Positions 11,158-23,282 of a stretch of 64,000 bases of DNA are shown here, in pieces (the stretch's first letter is position 1; each line of letters starts with the position of its first letter). The position numbers and the translations under genes were made by a program. The DNA comes from Macrostomum lignano (lineage: Eukaryota), in the NCBI GenBank assembly GCA_002269645.1, contig NIVC01000349.1, positions 124,001 to 188,000 on the forward strand, read 5' to 3'. Under the pieces are notes generated by a model. It did not search any database. It was given only the letters and a program-made list of their open reading frames with translations, and was not told the DNA's origin.

Positions 11158-13272
11158 CTCAGACTCACTCAGAGTATCTCAGACTGACTCAGAGTATCTC
11201 AGTCTCATCCAGAGTATCTCAGTCCCACCCAGAGTATCTCAGTCTCACCCAGAGTACCTCAGTCTCACCCAGAGTACCTCAGTCTCACTTAGAGTATCTC
11301 AGTCTCACCAAGAGTATCTTAGTCTCACTCAGAGTACCTCAGTCTCACTCAGAGTACCTCAGTCTCACTTAGAGTATCTCAGTCTCACCAAGGTTTTGTC
11401 TCGCATAGAGACGCCTAACCGCAGTCACTTCTGTGAAACTTGTCTCTGCCTGGCTGAAAGCTTGTAATGAGTGAGTAGGCTGGGTTGGAGGGTAATAGTG
11501 GATCGGGAGGGGCTGTGGGTAGCTGTATAGGAAGGCAGGCCTATACCTGTACCAAGGTGCTCTGACGGTATCCCTCAGGCGCCCTCTGAGCGTACAGCCA
11601 GCGACCCTATTAAAGCTGGAGTGTGCCAGAACCAGGACTGAGTCTGAGCAGGACGAGACCGTTGGCACGGTCACAATAGAAATGGCGGGTTGGCGAAGCA
11701 AAGGGTGAAACAGTCCCGGCGATTAGCCCTCCTGCCGCTTCAAAGATAAGAGACTGTCTGTTGGCAAGAGTACCCGGGGTTTAGTTGGGGGGGAGGCTCC
11801 TTCGGGTTGCCACGGCCGTGGGGAGCGGTCAAATGACCGGCATTGGCTTAACTAACCCAGGAGTAGGCACGGGCTTCCCTGAATGGTTCACTCAACCCCC
11901 TCTGGCCCCGGGGAGGTTTTTGTTTTGTACCCGGGGGTGGTGGGCGATCGGCCCCAGCATGGTTGCCACGGCTCTAGGCCTTCGGGCCACCTCTAATAGG
12001 CTTTGGGGGCCTTCTAACCTGGTTTTTTGGGCACGGGCTTCCTGACTGGTTCGTCGAACCGCTGTCACTGTCCCCCGGGGAGGTTTGGTTTTTTGATACT
12101 GCCCTGTACAGTCCTCTATAGTCTAATTTGGCTTTTAGTGTACATGAGTACACTCCCAATCTGGAATCTAAATTATCTCTAGTGGCGTAAGAGCCTTTTT
12201 ACTTAGGCTGAGGCGCCGGAAGTACTTATCATAGTCATATAGTAAGTGACAAAGTGCGAGTTAAAATGCTAATACACTAATTGGGTGCAGGGCATTAGTA
12301 AGTCTGGACTAATGCTGAGCTGCTGCGATGCTGAGGCAGCTCGTGCGATGCATCATCTCAGACTCACTCAGAGTATCTCAGACTGACTCAGAGTATCTCA
12401 GTCTCATCCAGAGTATCTCAGTCCCACCCAGAGTATCTCAGTCTCACCCAGAGTACCTCAGTCTCACCTAGAGTACCTCAGTCTCACTTAGAGTATCTCA
12501 GTCTCACCAAGAGTATCTTAGTCTCACTCAGAGTACCTCAGTCTCACTCAGAGTACCTCAGTCTCACTTAGAGTATCTCAGTCTCACCAAGAGTATCTTA
12601 GTCTCACCCAGAGTATCTCAGTCTCACTCAGAGTATCTCAGTCCCACCCAGAGTATTTCAGTCTCACCCAGTGTATCTCAGTCCACTTAAAGTATCTCAG
12701 TCTCACCCAGAGTACCTCAGTCTCACTTAGAGTATCTCAGTCTCACCAAGAGTATCTTAGTCTCACCCAGAGTACCTCAGTCTCACTCAGAGTACCTCAG
12801 TCTCACCCAGAGTATCTCAGTCCCACCCAGAGTATCTCAGTCTCACCAAGAGTATCTTAGTCTCACTCAGAGTATCTCAGTCTCACCCAGAGTATCTCAG
12901 TCCCACCCAGAGTATCTCAGTCTCACCCAGAGTACCTCAGTATCACTTAGAGTATCTCAGTCTCACCAAGAGTATCTTAGTCTCACTCAGAGTATCTCAG
13001 TCTCACTTAGAGTATCTCAGTCTCACTCAGAGTACCTCAGTCTCACTTAGAGTATCTCAGTCTCACTCAGAGTACCTCAGTCTCACTTAGAGTATCTCAG
13101 TCCCACCCAGAGTATCTCAGTCTCACTTAGAGTATCTCAGTCTCACTCAGAGTATCTCAGTCTCACTTAGAGTATCTCAGTCTCACTCAGAGTACCTCAG
13201 TCTCACTTAGAGTATCTCAGTCTCACTCAGAGTATCTCAGTCTCACCCAGAGTATCTCAGTCTCACTCAGAA
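11158..13272. repeat. 20-bp minisatellite (cagtctcactcagagtatct), split by the insertion; paralog at 30790-31482
   Basis: Direct tandem units. Confidence 0.9.
11393..12242. mobile_element. 850-bp insertion flanked by a 349-bp direct duplication (11044-11392 and 12243-12591)
   Basis: The paralogous intron (30680-31480) has a single copy of the flank and no insert. Confidence 0.7.
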
Positions 13273-13769
13273 TGCACAAGCATCTTGAGTATGAGTTATT
13301 TTCAGTTAGTTCACAACACTGACAGCGTACTGCAACAGAAATATTTGAGCAATAAGACTGACATGAGGGGAAAGGGTGGGCAGTGAGACGGCAGTCTGAG
13401 TTCTCATAAATCTCACAGACGGCTGCCTCTCTCGGGTAAAAAAAAATAAATCAATATTGATGCGCCAAAATAAAACCGGAATGAGAAAACACGACTCCGT
13501 CAGCTGATTAACTGAATTTCTGGCGCCGATTCAAATATTTACCTATTGGCCAGTACTTTCTAATCTTTTGCGTGTTCAAGTTAAGAAAGTTGGGGCGGCT
13601 GCCTGCAAACAGGTTGGCAGGACAAGATTTCTTGTCATGATATTTTTGTGAATATGAAAATGGCGGTTTTTAAGGCATTCTGGACTGTAGGTAGCAATTT
13701 GTTAAAATCTCAAAGACAACGCTTCAAAAAGGGTATCGGGGGCGTGGTGTGGGGAGATTGAGAGATGGG

Positions 13770-14140
13770 TGGGAGATGGAGGAGAGAGAAGAGAAAAGAG
13801 AAAGAAGAGGGAGATAAGACAAGAGAGATCAGGAGGGACTTGGGAGAAGAGAGAGAAGAGAGGAGAGATGAGAGATGAGAGAGGAGAGAGGAGAGAGGAG
13901 AGATGAGGGAGGAGAGATGAGATGAGAGATGAGAGATGAGAGAGGAGAGATGAGAGGAGAGAGGAGAGATGAGAGGAGAGAGGAGAGATGAGAGAGGGGA
14001 GATGAGAGATGAGAGAGGAGAGAGAAGAGTGGAGAGATGAGAGGGGAGAGATGAGGAGAGAGATGAGAGTAGAGAGATGAGAGGAGAGATGAGAGTGGAG
14101 AGATGAGAGAGGAGAGTTGAGAGAGAAAGAGAAGAGAGAA
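13770..14140. repeat. Purine-rich low-complexity repeat (gatgagaggaga); paralog at 31940-32335
   Basis: Read directly from the sequence. Confidence 0.85.
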
Positions 14141-14504
14141 GAGGACGAGCTGCCCTCACCGCAATCGTATGCAGAAAATAAAAGTAAAAGTTGCAATTTA
14201 TGAAACAGGACAGGAACTTCTGCATCTGCAGCACCGCAACCTCATGCTGAAGAACACTGTGCTTTTTAATATTTAATATTTAGGAGTAACGGTTCGAAAG
14301 AATATTTAAAAACTGCTCGGGTAGGTAAAACAGCGTACTTGTTCAAGATTAACAATATCTAGTAAAACAGATTATATAAAACTTAAATTACTTAAATTAA
14401 AAATGGAAAATTTATGCAATACCTTCAAGAGGCTCCGGGTGTTCTAAAAGCAGACAGCAGATTAAGGTTCAGATTTAGAACTGCTGCTACAGGTGAACGG
14501 TTGA

Positions 14505-14885
14505 GGGGGCAGGGGAGGGTACAGAGGGACAGGAGAGGGTACTGAGGGGACAGCAGAGGGTACAGAGGGGACACAAGAAGGTACAGAGGGGACAGCAGAG
14601 GGTACAGAGGGGACAGGAGAGGGTACAGAGGGGACAGGAGAGGGTACAGAGGGGACAGGAAAGGGTACAGAGGGGACAGGAGAGGGTACAGAGGGGACAG
14701 GGGAGGGTACAGAGGGGACCGCAGAGGGTACAGAGGGGACACCAGAGGGTACAGAGGGGACAGGAGAGGGTACAGAGGGGACAGGGTAGGGTACAGAGGG
14801 GACAGGAGAGGGTACAGAGGGGACAGGAGAGGGTACAGAGGGGACAGCAGAGGGTTCAGAGAGGACAGGAGAGGGTACAGAGGGT
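14505..14885. repeat. 21-bp minisatellite (gggtacagaggggacaggaga); paralog at 32700-32835
   Basis: About 17 versus about 6 units. Confidence 0.9.
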
Positions 14886-15934
14886 TCCCCAAGCAGCGCA
14901 CAGATCCCGAATTCGAACCCGTGATCACAGGCACGCACGCACAGGCTCGCACACTTACTGCCAACTGGGCCAATCAGAGCGCTCGGCGGTTCGGCTCTGC
15001 GCAGTGCGGCGTGCAGGTTCTGCACAGAAGCGCTGGGATGCTGCTGCGGCTGCTGCTGCTGCGGGGGGACCGGCGGCCCGCCAGCGGCCGCGGCGACAGA
15101 GGCTGCCTGACCACCGGCAAGATAGCCGGGCTCATTCAATTTGAGCAGACTCAGCGAGCCAAGCGATACGGATCGAATCATTTGCTGAAATTTGGCGTAG
15201 CGAAATCATGTTCGATATTAGCTACTGACTGACTGCGATGAGTAGCCAAGTAAAACATTTTAAGACCGTTTTTAATATACAGGGGTAAATTTTACTTACG
15301 AATATCTTAGCTTCTTAAAACCTTATTAACTTATCTATGGTGAAAACCCTGGCTTGGCTATCATGATATAAACTGTTTATCTTATGATATAAACAGTCCA
15401 TAAACAGTTTATCCTACTCTAAACGGCCACTATCGCACAGAAACCCACACAGCCGCAACTCACCCCACCGTCCGCGCCCATGACCTGCATGGACTTTCTG
15501 GTCGCTCTGGTTTTTGCATTCTTCGAGAACTTCACCGCACCCTCCAGCCTGGCCTTCTCCTCGCGAAGGAAGTACTCAACAGCCGACACTGCGCTCAGGT
15601 ACTGCTTGATGTAGGTCTCACTGTCCGGCTGAGCTGGTCTCCAGCTTCCGTTTGATGAGGCGGCTGACCCGGGAGCGGCGGGAGCGGCGGAATTTCCGTC
15701 AGTCAGTTTGGAGTCGCTGATGGCGGAGGACTCAGCCAGCAGTGAGCAGCTGCTTGAGTCCTCTGCCGGGCCTGCCAGGGAGCTGATGGCGTCTGATGAG
15801 GCTGCGGCCAGCACTGCCAGGGACTTCCGGTCCTCCACTTCCCCAGTTGCTGGGGGAATGCTGGACACAATCTGATAGGTGATGCCAGTCTCCGAGATGA
15901 GGTCCTGGGGACATGAAGGGGCCGGTTGCGTGCT

Positions 15935-17180
15935 CAGATCCCAAGTCCTCAGATCCCAGCTCAGCCAGTCCTCAGATCCCAGCTCAGCCAGTCCTCAGAT
16001 CCCAGCTCAGCCAGTCCTCAGATCCCAGCTCAAACAGTCCTCAGATCCCAGCTCAGACAGTCCTCAGATCCCAGCTCAGCCAGTCCTCAGATCCCCGCTC
16101 AGCCCGTCCTCAGATCCCAGCTCAGCCAGTCCTCAGATCCCAGCTCAGCCAGTCCTCAGATCCCAGCTCAGCCAATCCTCAGATCCCAGCTCAGCCAGTC
16201 CCCAGATCCCAGCCCAGCCAGTCCTCAGATCCCAGCTCAGCCAATCCTTAGATCCCAGCTCAGCCAATCCTCAGATCCCAGCACAGCCAATCCTTAGATC
16301 CCAGCTCAGCCAATCCTCAGATCCCAGCACAGCCAATCCTTAGATCCCAGCCCAGCCAGTCCTCAGATCCCAGCTCAGCCAATCCTTAGATCCCAGCTCA
16401 GCCAATCCTCAGATCCCAGCTCAGCCAATCCTTAGATCCTAGCTCAGCCAATCCTCAGATCCCAGCACAGCCAATCCTTAGATCCCAGCTCAGCCAATCC
16501 TCAGATCCCAGCACAGCCAATCCTTAGATCCCAGCACAGCCAATCCTCAGATCCCAGCCCAGCCAGTCCTCAGATCCCAGCACAGCGAGTCCTAAGATCC
16601 CAGCTCAGCCAGTCCTCAGATCCCAAGTCCTCAGATCCCAGCTCAGCCAGTCCTCAGATCCCAGCTCAGCCAGTCCTCAGATCCCAGCTCAGCCAGTCCT
16701 CAGATCCCAGCTCAGCCAGTCCTCAGATCCCAGCTCAGACAGTCCTCAGATCCCAGCTCAGCCAATCCTCAGATCCCAGCTCAGCCAATCCTCAGATCCC
16801 AACTCAGCCAGTCCTCAGATCCCAGCTTAGCCAGTCCTCAGATCCCAAGTCCTTAGATCCCAGCTCAGCCAGTCCTCAGATCCCAAGTCCTTAGATCCCT
16901 GCTCAGCCAGTCCTCAGATCCCAGCTCAGCCAGTCCTCAGATCCCAGCTCAGCCAGTCCTCAGATCCCAGCACAGTCAGTCCTCAGATCCCAGCTCAGCC
17001 AGTCCTCAGATCCCAGCTCAGCCAGTCCACAGATCTTAGCTCAGCCAGTCCTCAGATCCCAGCTCAGCCAGTCCTCAGATCCCAGCTCAGCCAGTCGTCT
17101 GATCCCAGCTCAGCCAGTCCTCAGATCCCAGCTCAGCCAGTCCTCAGATCCCAGCACAGCCAGTCCTCAGATCCCAGCAC
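15935..17180. repeat. 23-bp minisatellite (cagatcccagctcagccagtcct); paralog at 33915-34610 with a 15-bp variant
   Basis: Direct tandem units. Confidence 0.9.
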
Positions 17181-17689
17181 AGAACGCTTCTCAGATCTCT
17201 TCAAAGAACTCCATGCACTTTAAAAGACACCAAAATGCAGTTGACAACATCAATACAACAACTAAGGTAAGAGACTCACTTCAGCTAAACTTTGACAGGT
17301 TCATGCAAGAAAAATAGCAGCAATTTACTAAAACTGCCGCTCAAAGTAGGCTAATGAAGGCGTGCAAAAATGCAAAACAGAAAAATTACTATCTAAACTA
17401 GATTTTAAGAAGTACAAAGGTTATTAGGGTTTAAATTGGATATAATGAGTTTAAAAAAGTGAACTGAATGCCACCTACCAGCTGCTGTCAGTGACGAGAA
17501 TATAAAATGGCTTCATCTTCCCAACCAAACTTATCGAGTCTGGGCAGCACATCCTTGATGATTCTTTAATCTGCATCCTGTCTTTCTTAGAATTAGAGTT
17601 AGTCTGTTTTACACTCACCTGTCAGTCTGTATGCCTTACCTGTCAGCCTGTTTTACACCAAGTGGTCAGCACAGCACCTGTAAGTCTGT

Positions 17690-18447
17690 ATATTCTAACT
17701 GTCAGTCTGTATAATCTGGCTGTCAGCCTGTATAATCAGCCTGTCAGTCTGTATAATCTGCCTGTAAGTCTGTATAATCTGGCTGTCAGCCTGTATAATC
17801 AGCCTGTCAGTCTGTATAATCTGCCTGTCAGTCTGTAGAATCTGCCTGTCAGTCTGTGTAATCTGCCTGTCAGTCTGTAAAATAGCCTGTCAGTCTGTAT
17901 AATCTGCCTGTCAGTCTGTGTAATCTGCCTGTCAGTCTGTAAAATCACATATCAGTCTGTAAAATCTGTCTGTAAGTCTGTATAATCTGGCTGTCAGCCT
18001 GTATAATCTGCCTGTCAGTCTGTATAGTCTGCCTGTCAGTCTGTATAATCTGCCTGTCAGTCTGTACTGTATAATCTGCCTGTCAGTCTGTACTGTATAA
18101 TCTGCCTGTCAGTCTGTATAATCTGCCTGTCAGTCTGTGTAATCTGCCTGTCAGTCTGTAAAATCACATATCAGTCTGTAAAATCTGTCTGTCAGTCTGT
18201 GTAATCTGCCTGTCAGTCTGTATAATCTGCCTGTCAGTCTGTAAAATCTGCCTGTCAGTCTGTAAAATCACCAGTCAGTCTGTAAAGTCTGCCTGTCAGT
18301 CTGTATAATCTGCCTGTCAGTCTGTAAAATCTGCCTGTCAGTCTGTATAATCTGCATGTTAGTCTGTAAAATCTGCCTGTCAGTCTGTGTAATCTGCCTG
18401 TCAGTCTGTATAATCTGCCTGTCAGTCTGTAAAATCACCTGTCAGTC
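17690..18447. repeat. 21-bp minisatellite (ctgtcagtctgtataatctgc); paralog at 35165-36372
   Basis: Direct tandem units. Confidence 0.9.
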
Positions 18448-19389
18448 TTTAATTCCCGTACAGGTGAATCCAGCAACCCCACAAAAATGCGCTGCCACTA
18501 AAAGCAGCAAAAAAGCAGCAGTGCAAAAGCAAGCATAGAGGTGCAGACGGGAGGTGACAACATCGACTCACGCGGATCGGGTCGGCAGAGGCCGGACTCA
18601 CATAGGCTCTCATGTAGCCAAACAGGGCACTTCTGATGCCCTTTGACTTGTACACCGAAACGCACGCCCGCTTCCTCAGCACAATATCCATTGGAGCTGG
18701 GTGCGAGATTCGAACCCTGGCCCGCACAATCAGGTAGATGAGCTCGTTATTTCCCGTGATCCGATTCAAATAGATCGAGTCGTGCAGTGAAGCGTCCCAC
18801 TGGCAGATGACGCAGCAGTCTTTGTCCAGACTCCGCATGATGGGGACTTGCACAAACTCGCTGTTGTGCTCTTTGGGCAGCTGGAGTTCACACCTGCTGG
18901 CGGCAGCTCAAGCCGCTGGTGATGGTCAGGCTGCAGATCTAAGAACAGCACCGGGATGTGCTCCTCCATGCCCAGCGGGGGTCCCAGTCAGCTGGAGCTC
19001 CGGGCACACAGGAGTGCGGCCTGGGCACCAGCACAGCCTCCTTCTCCACCGTCATTCGGCTCCACTGCTCCATCAGCGACCGCTCCCTGGCCTCATCTGC
19101 CGCGGTCTTCACCGGCTTGGAGGTAATGAGGCTCAACTGAGACTGCAGATGTCCCTGACGCCTGGAGACGGCCTCTCTCCATTTGTCCCTGAGGCGGGTC
19201 AGGTCCTCTTCCTGGTAGCTGTCGAGGCCTCTCTGCATGCTGCGGTCCCGGCGGACAATGCAGCCGACCGACACGTCCGTGATGCGCTCGCAGATCACCG
19301 GCAGGCTGCCCGACTCCGGACCGCTGACGGGACGAACTCGGATGAGCAGCCGGCGGGACTGGCCGTGCTTGAGGCGGTACACTCCGCCT

Positions 19390-20218
19390 GGGGTACGTTT
19401 GAAGGGCGCGATGGGGTACGTTTGAAGGGCGCGATGGGGTACGTTTGAAGGGCGCGATGGTGTACGTTTGAAGGGCGCGATGGGGTACGTTTGAAGGGCG
19501 CGATGAGGTACGTTTGAAGGCCGGCTGCGTGATGGGGTACGTTTGAAGGGCGCGATGGGGTACGTTTGAAGGGCGCGATGGGGTACGTTTGAAGGGCGCG
19601 ATGGGGTACGTTTGAAGGGCGCGATGGGGTACGTTTGAAGGGCGCGATGGGGTACGTTTGAAGGGCGCGATGAGGTACGTTTGAAGGGCGGCTGCGTGAT
19701 GGGGTAGCTGATGGGGTCTGTCTGATGGGACCTGTCTGATGCGGTTTGTCTGATGGGTCTGTCCAATGGGGTCTGGGTGATGGGGTCTGGGTGATGGGGT
19801 CTGGGTGATGGGGTCTGGATGATGGGGTCTGGGTGATGGGGTCTGGGTGATGGGGTCTGGGTGATGGGGTCTGGGTGATGGGGTCTGGGTGATGGGGTCT
19901 GGGTGATGGGGTCTGGGTGATGGGGTCTGGGTGATGGGGTCTGGGTGATGGGACCTGGATGATGGAGTCTGGGTGATGGGGTCTGGGTGATGGGGTCTTG
20001 GTGATGGGACCTGAATGATGGGACCTGAATGATGGGGTCTGGGTGATGGGGTCTGGGTGATGGGACCTGGATGATGGAGTCTGGGTGATGGGGTCTGGGT
20101 GATGGGGTCTGGGTGATGGGGTCTGGGTGATGGGGTCTGGGTGATGGGGTCTGGGTGATGGGGTCTGGGTGATGGGACCTGGATGATGGGACCTGGATGA
20201 TGGGGTCTGGGTGATGGG
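19390..20218. repeat. Adjacent 23-bp (gggtacgtttgaagggcgcgatg) and 14-bp (gggtctgggtgatg) minisatellites; paralogs at 37310-37990
   Basis: The 23-bp array directly abuts the exon-11 acceptor. Confidence 0.9.
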
Positions 20219-20399
20219 TCTGTCTATCAGTGCCTGTTTTTCCGCCCATCAGCCAGAAGCTAAGCTTCTGACAAGTGCCTCTACAGCTGCCATGAGCCAA
20301 GCAGGGTGGCTCAGCTAATTAACAGACCCCAGGTGTCACCTTGGCACTCGCTTGATAGAAATATCCTAAATTTAAACTGAGATAAATTTTATTGTGAGA

Positions 20400-21130
20400 A
20401 GTGAGAGGAGACAGCTGAGAGGGGAGAGGAGACAGCTGAGAGGGGAGAGCAGACAGCTGAGAGGGGAGAGCAGACAGCTGAGAGGGGAGAGGAGACAGCT
20501 GAGATGGGAGAGGAGACAGCTGAGAGGGGAGACGAGACAGCTGAGAGGTGAGAGGAGACAGCTGAGAGGGGAGAGCAGACAGCTGAGAGGTGAGAGGAGA
20601 CAGCTGAGAGGGGAGAGGAGACAGCTGAGAGGGGAGAGCAGACAGCTGAGAGGGGAGAGCAGACAGCTGAGAGGGGAGAGCAGACAGCTGAGAGGGGAGA
20701 GGAGACAGCTGAGAGGGGAGAGGAGACAGCTGAGAGGGGAGACGAGACAGCTGAGAGGTGAGAGGAGACAGCTGAGAGGGGAGAGCAGACAGCTGAGAGG
20801 TGAGAGGAGACAGCTGAGAGGGGAGAGGAGACAGCTGAGAGGGGAGAGGAGACAGCTGAGAGGGGAGAGCAGACAGCGGAGAGGGGAGAGCAGACAGCGG
20901 AGAGGGGAGAGCAGACAGCGGAGAGGGGAGAGGAGACAGCTGAGAGGGGAGAGGAGACAGCTGAGAGGGGAGAGGAGACAGCTGAGAGGGGAGAGCAGAC
21001 AGCTGAGAGGGGAGAGCAGACAGCTGAGAGGTGAGAGGAGACAGCTGAGAGGGGAGAGGAGACAGCTGAGAGGGGAGAGCAGACAGCTGAGAGGTGAGAG
21101 GAGACAGCGGAAAGATGAGAGGAGACAGCT
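20400..21130. repeat. 21-bp minisatellite (gagaggagacagctgagaggg); paralog at 38180-38720
   Basis: Direct tandem units. Confidence 0.9.
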
Positions 21131-21569
21131 GGGAGGTCTCTGCACCGCATGAAACACAGGAACCAACTACATGTAAAAAGCGCATAAAATGGAGAATGGC
21201 ATTGAGCACAGTGAGCATGAGAGCGGGTTGTTCAGAAACAGAGTGAGATCAGGTGATCAAACCTGCCAAAAGAGACACGGGTGACACAGCACAATGCAGT
21301 GCAGTCAAATGTACAGACAGAGATAAGAGAGTCACCACAAGACCAACCTGTTTGCCCAAATAAAGGCAGTTTAAAATAACCTTTCAACCCACAGATAAGC
21401 GAGTTCGCTGATTCCGGTGTCACAAAGCCGATCTGAGAATTGCATGCCCTGCCCGCTTGGCAGCATATCTGATGTGATGTCAGCATTCTTTCGGGCTCCG
21501 GCGTTTCATGTTCTCAGTGCCCGCTTTTGGGATTTTCATTCTTAGGGGAGATTTTCTTAGGGGCGATTT

Positions 21570-22170
21570 TTCTGATTAGATTTTCTCAGGGTGACTTTCT
21601 CAGATGAGATAATCTCAGGGGCGATTTTCTCAGGAGAGATTTTCTCAGGGGCGATTTTCTAAGGAGAGATTTTCTCACGGGCGATTTTTTCAGGTGAGAT
21701 TTTCTCAGGGGTGATGTTCTCTGAGGAGATTTTTTCAGAGGCGATTTTCTCTGGGGCGATTTACTCAAGGGCGACTTTTCTAGGTGAGATTTTCTCAGGT
21801 GAGATTTTCTCCGGTGAGATTTTCTCAGGTGAGATTTTCTCAGGGGCGATTTTCTCAGGTCGGATTCTCTCAGGGACGATTATTTAGGTGAGATTTTTTC
21901 AGGTGAGACTTTCTCAGGTGAGACTTTCTCAGGTGAGACTTTCTCAGGTGAGACTTTCTCAGGTGAGACTTTCTCAGGTGAGACTTTCTCAGGTGAGACT
22001 TTCTCAGGTGAGACTTTCTCAGGTGAGATTTTCTCAGGTGAGACTTTCTCAGGTGAGACTTTCTCAGGTGAGATTTTCTCAGGTGAGATTTTCTCAGGTG
22101 AGATTTTCTTAGGTGAGATTTTCTCAGGTGAGATTTTCTCAGGTGAGATTTTCTCAGGTGATATTTTCTC
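21570..22170. repeat. 15-bp minisatellite (ttttctcaggtgaga); paralog at 39140-39760
   Basis: Direct tandem units, homogeneous in the distal half. Confidence 0.9.
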
Positions 22171-22507
22171 TTAGACAAAGGAAGGATTTCCTTTGAAGGA
22201 TTTAACAGACAATTTTTCCCGATATTCCCAAAAGTAATATCTCAACCTCTAATCGAAATTCCCGCCAGCAAGCGCCACTGACAAGTGGGGATGACGTCCT
22301 TCTCCCTGCCCTGCCGGTCCCTCTGCGTGGGGTGCTGAATCTCCACAGGCAGGTACTGCCCGTTCTCGCTCAGCTCCTGGATGCACAGCCACATCTCCAG
22401 GCGGCGGCAGTACTCGGACCAGTTGTCCCCGCTGCGCTCGCCCCGGACCTCCGCGCCGTTGCTGCGGTTGCCGTACACCTGGGGGACATTGGGACTGCTG
22501 TGCATGG

Positions 22508-23142
<635 letters not shown>

Positions 23143-23282
23143 GTTTTAGAACAAACGAGAAGGCAATAAATTTGCTTTTCCCTTGACCCGCGATATATTT
23201 TGGAAATAATGTCAAATATTAATTAATATTTCGATTTATTTTTTATCCATAGTTTATTAACCAGCAGTTGCAGTCCGCAGCC

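Larger units (their letters stand above)
8357..22478 (-). pseudogene. KIF13: Partial duplicate of the kinesin-3 gene (exons 10-16 only: stalk, DUF3694-like region, CAP-Gly; no motor or FHA)
   Basis: Exons 22283-22478, 18602-19387, 15485-15904, 14959-15184, 13543-13602, 9585-~10046 and 8357-8938 match exons of the full gene. Two 1-bp deletions in the 18602-19387 exon (786 vs 788 nt). No 5' exons upstream. Confidence 0.85.

Noticed and set aside
11826-11856. Twister-like match (GCCAATGCCGGTC on the minus strand)
   Set aside because: The downstream CCCAAGC and pseudoknot elements are missing; the segment forms a simple CGGTCA/TGACCG hairpin.
18700-18725. tRNA T-loop-like GGTTCGAATC (also at about 36625 and 40950)
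   Set aside because: Inside kinesin coding exons, with no cloverleaf.
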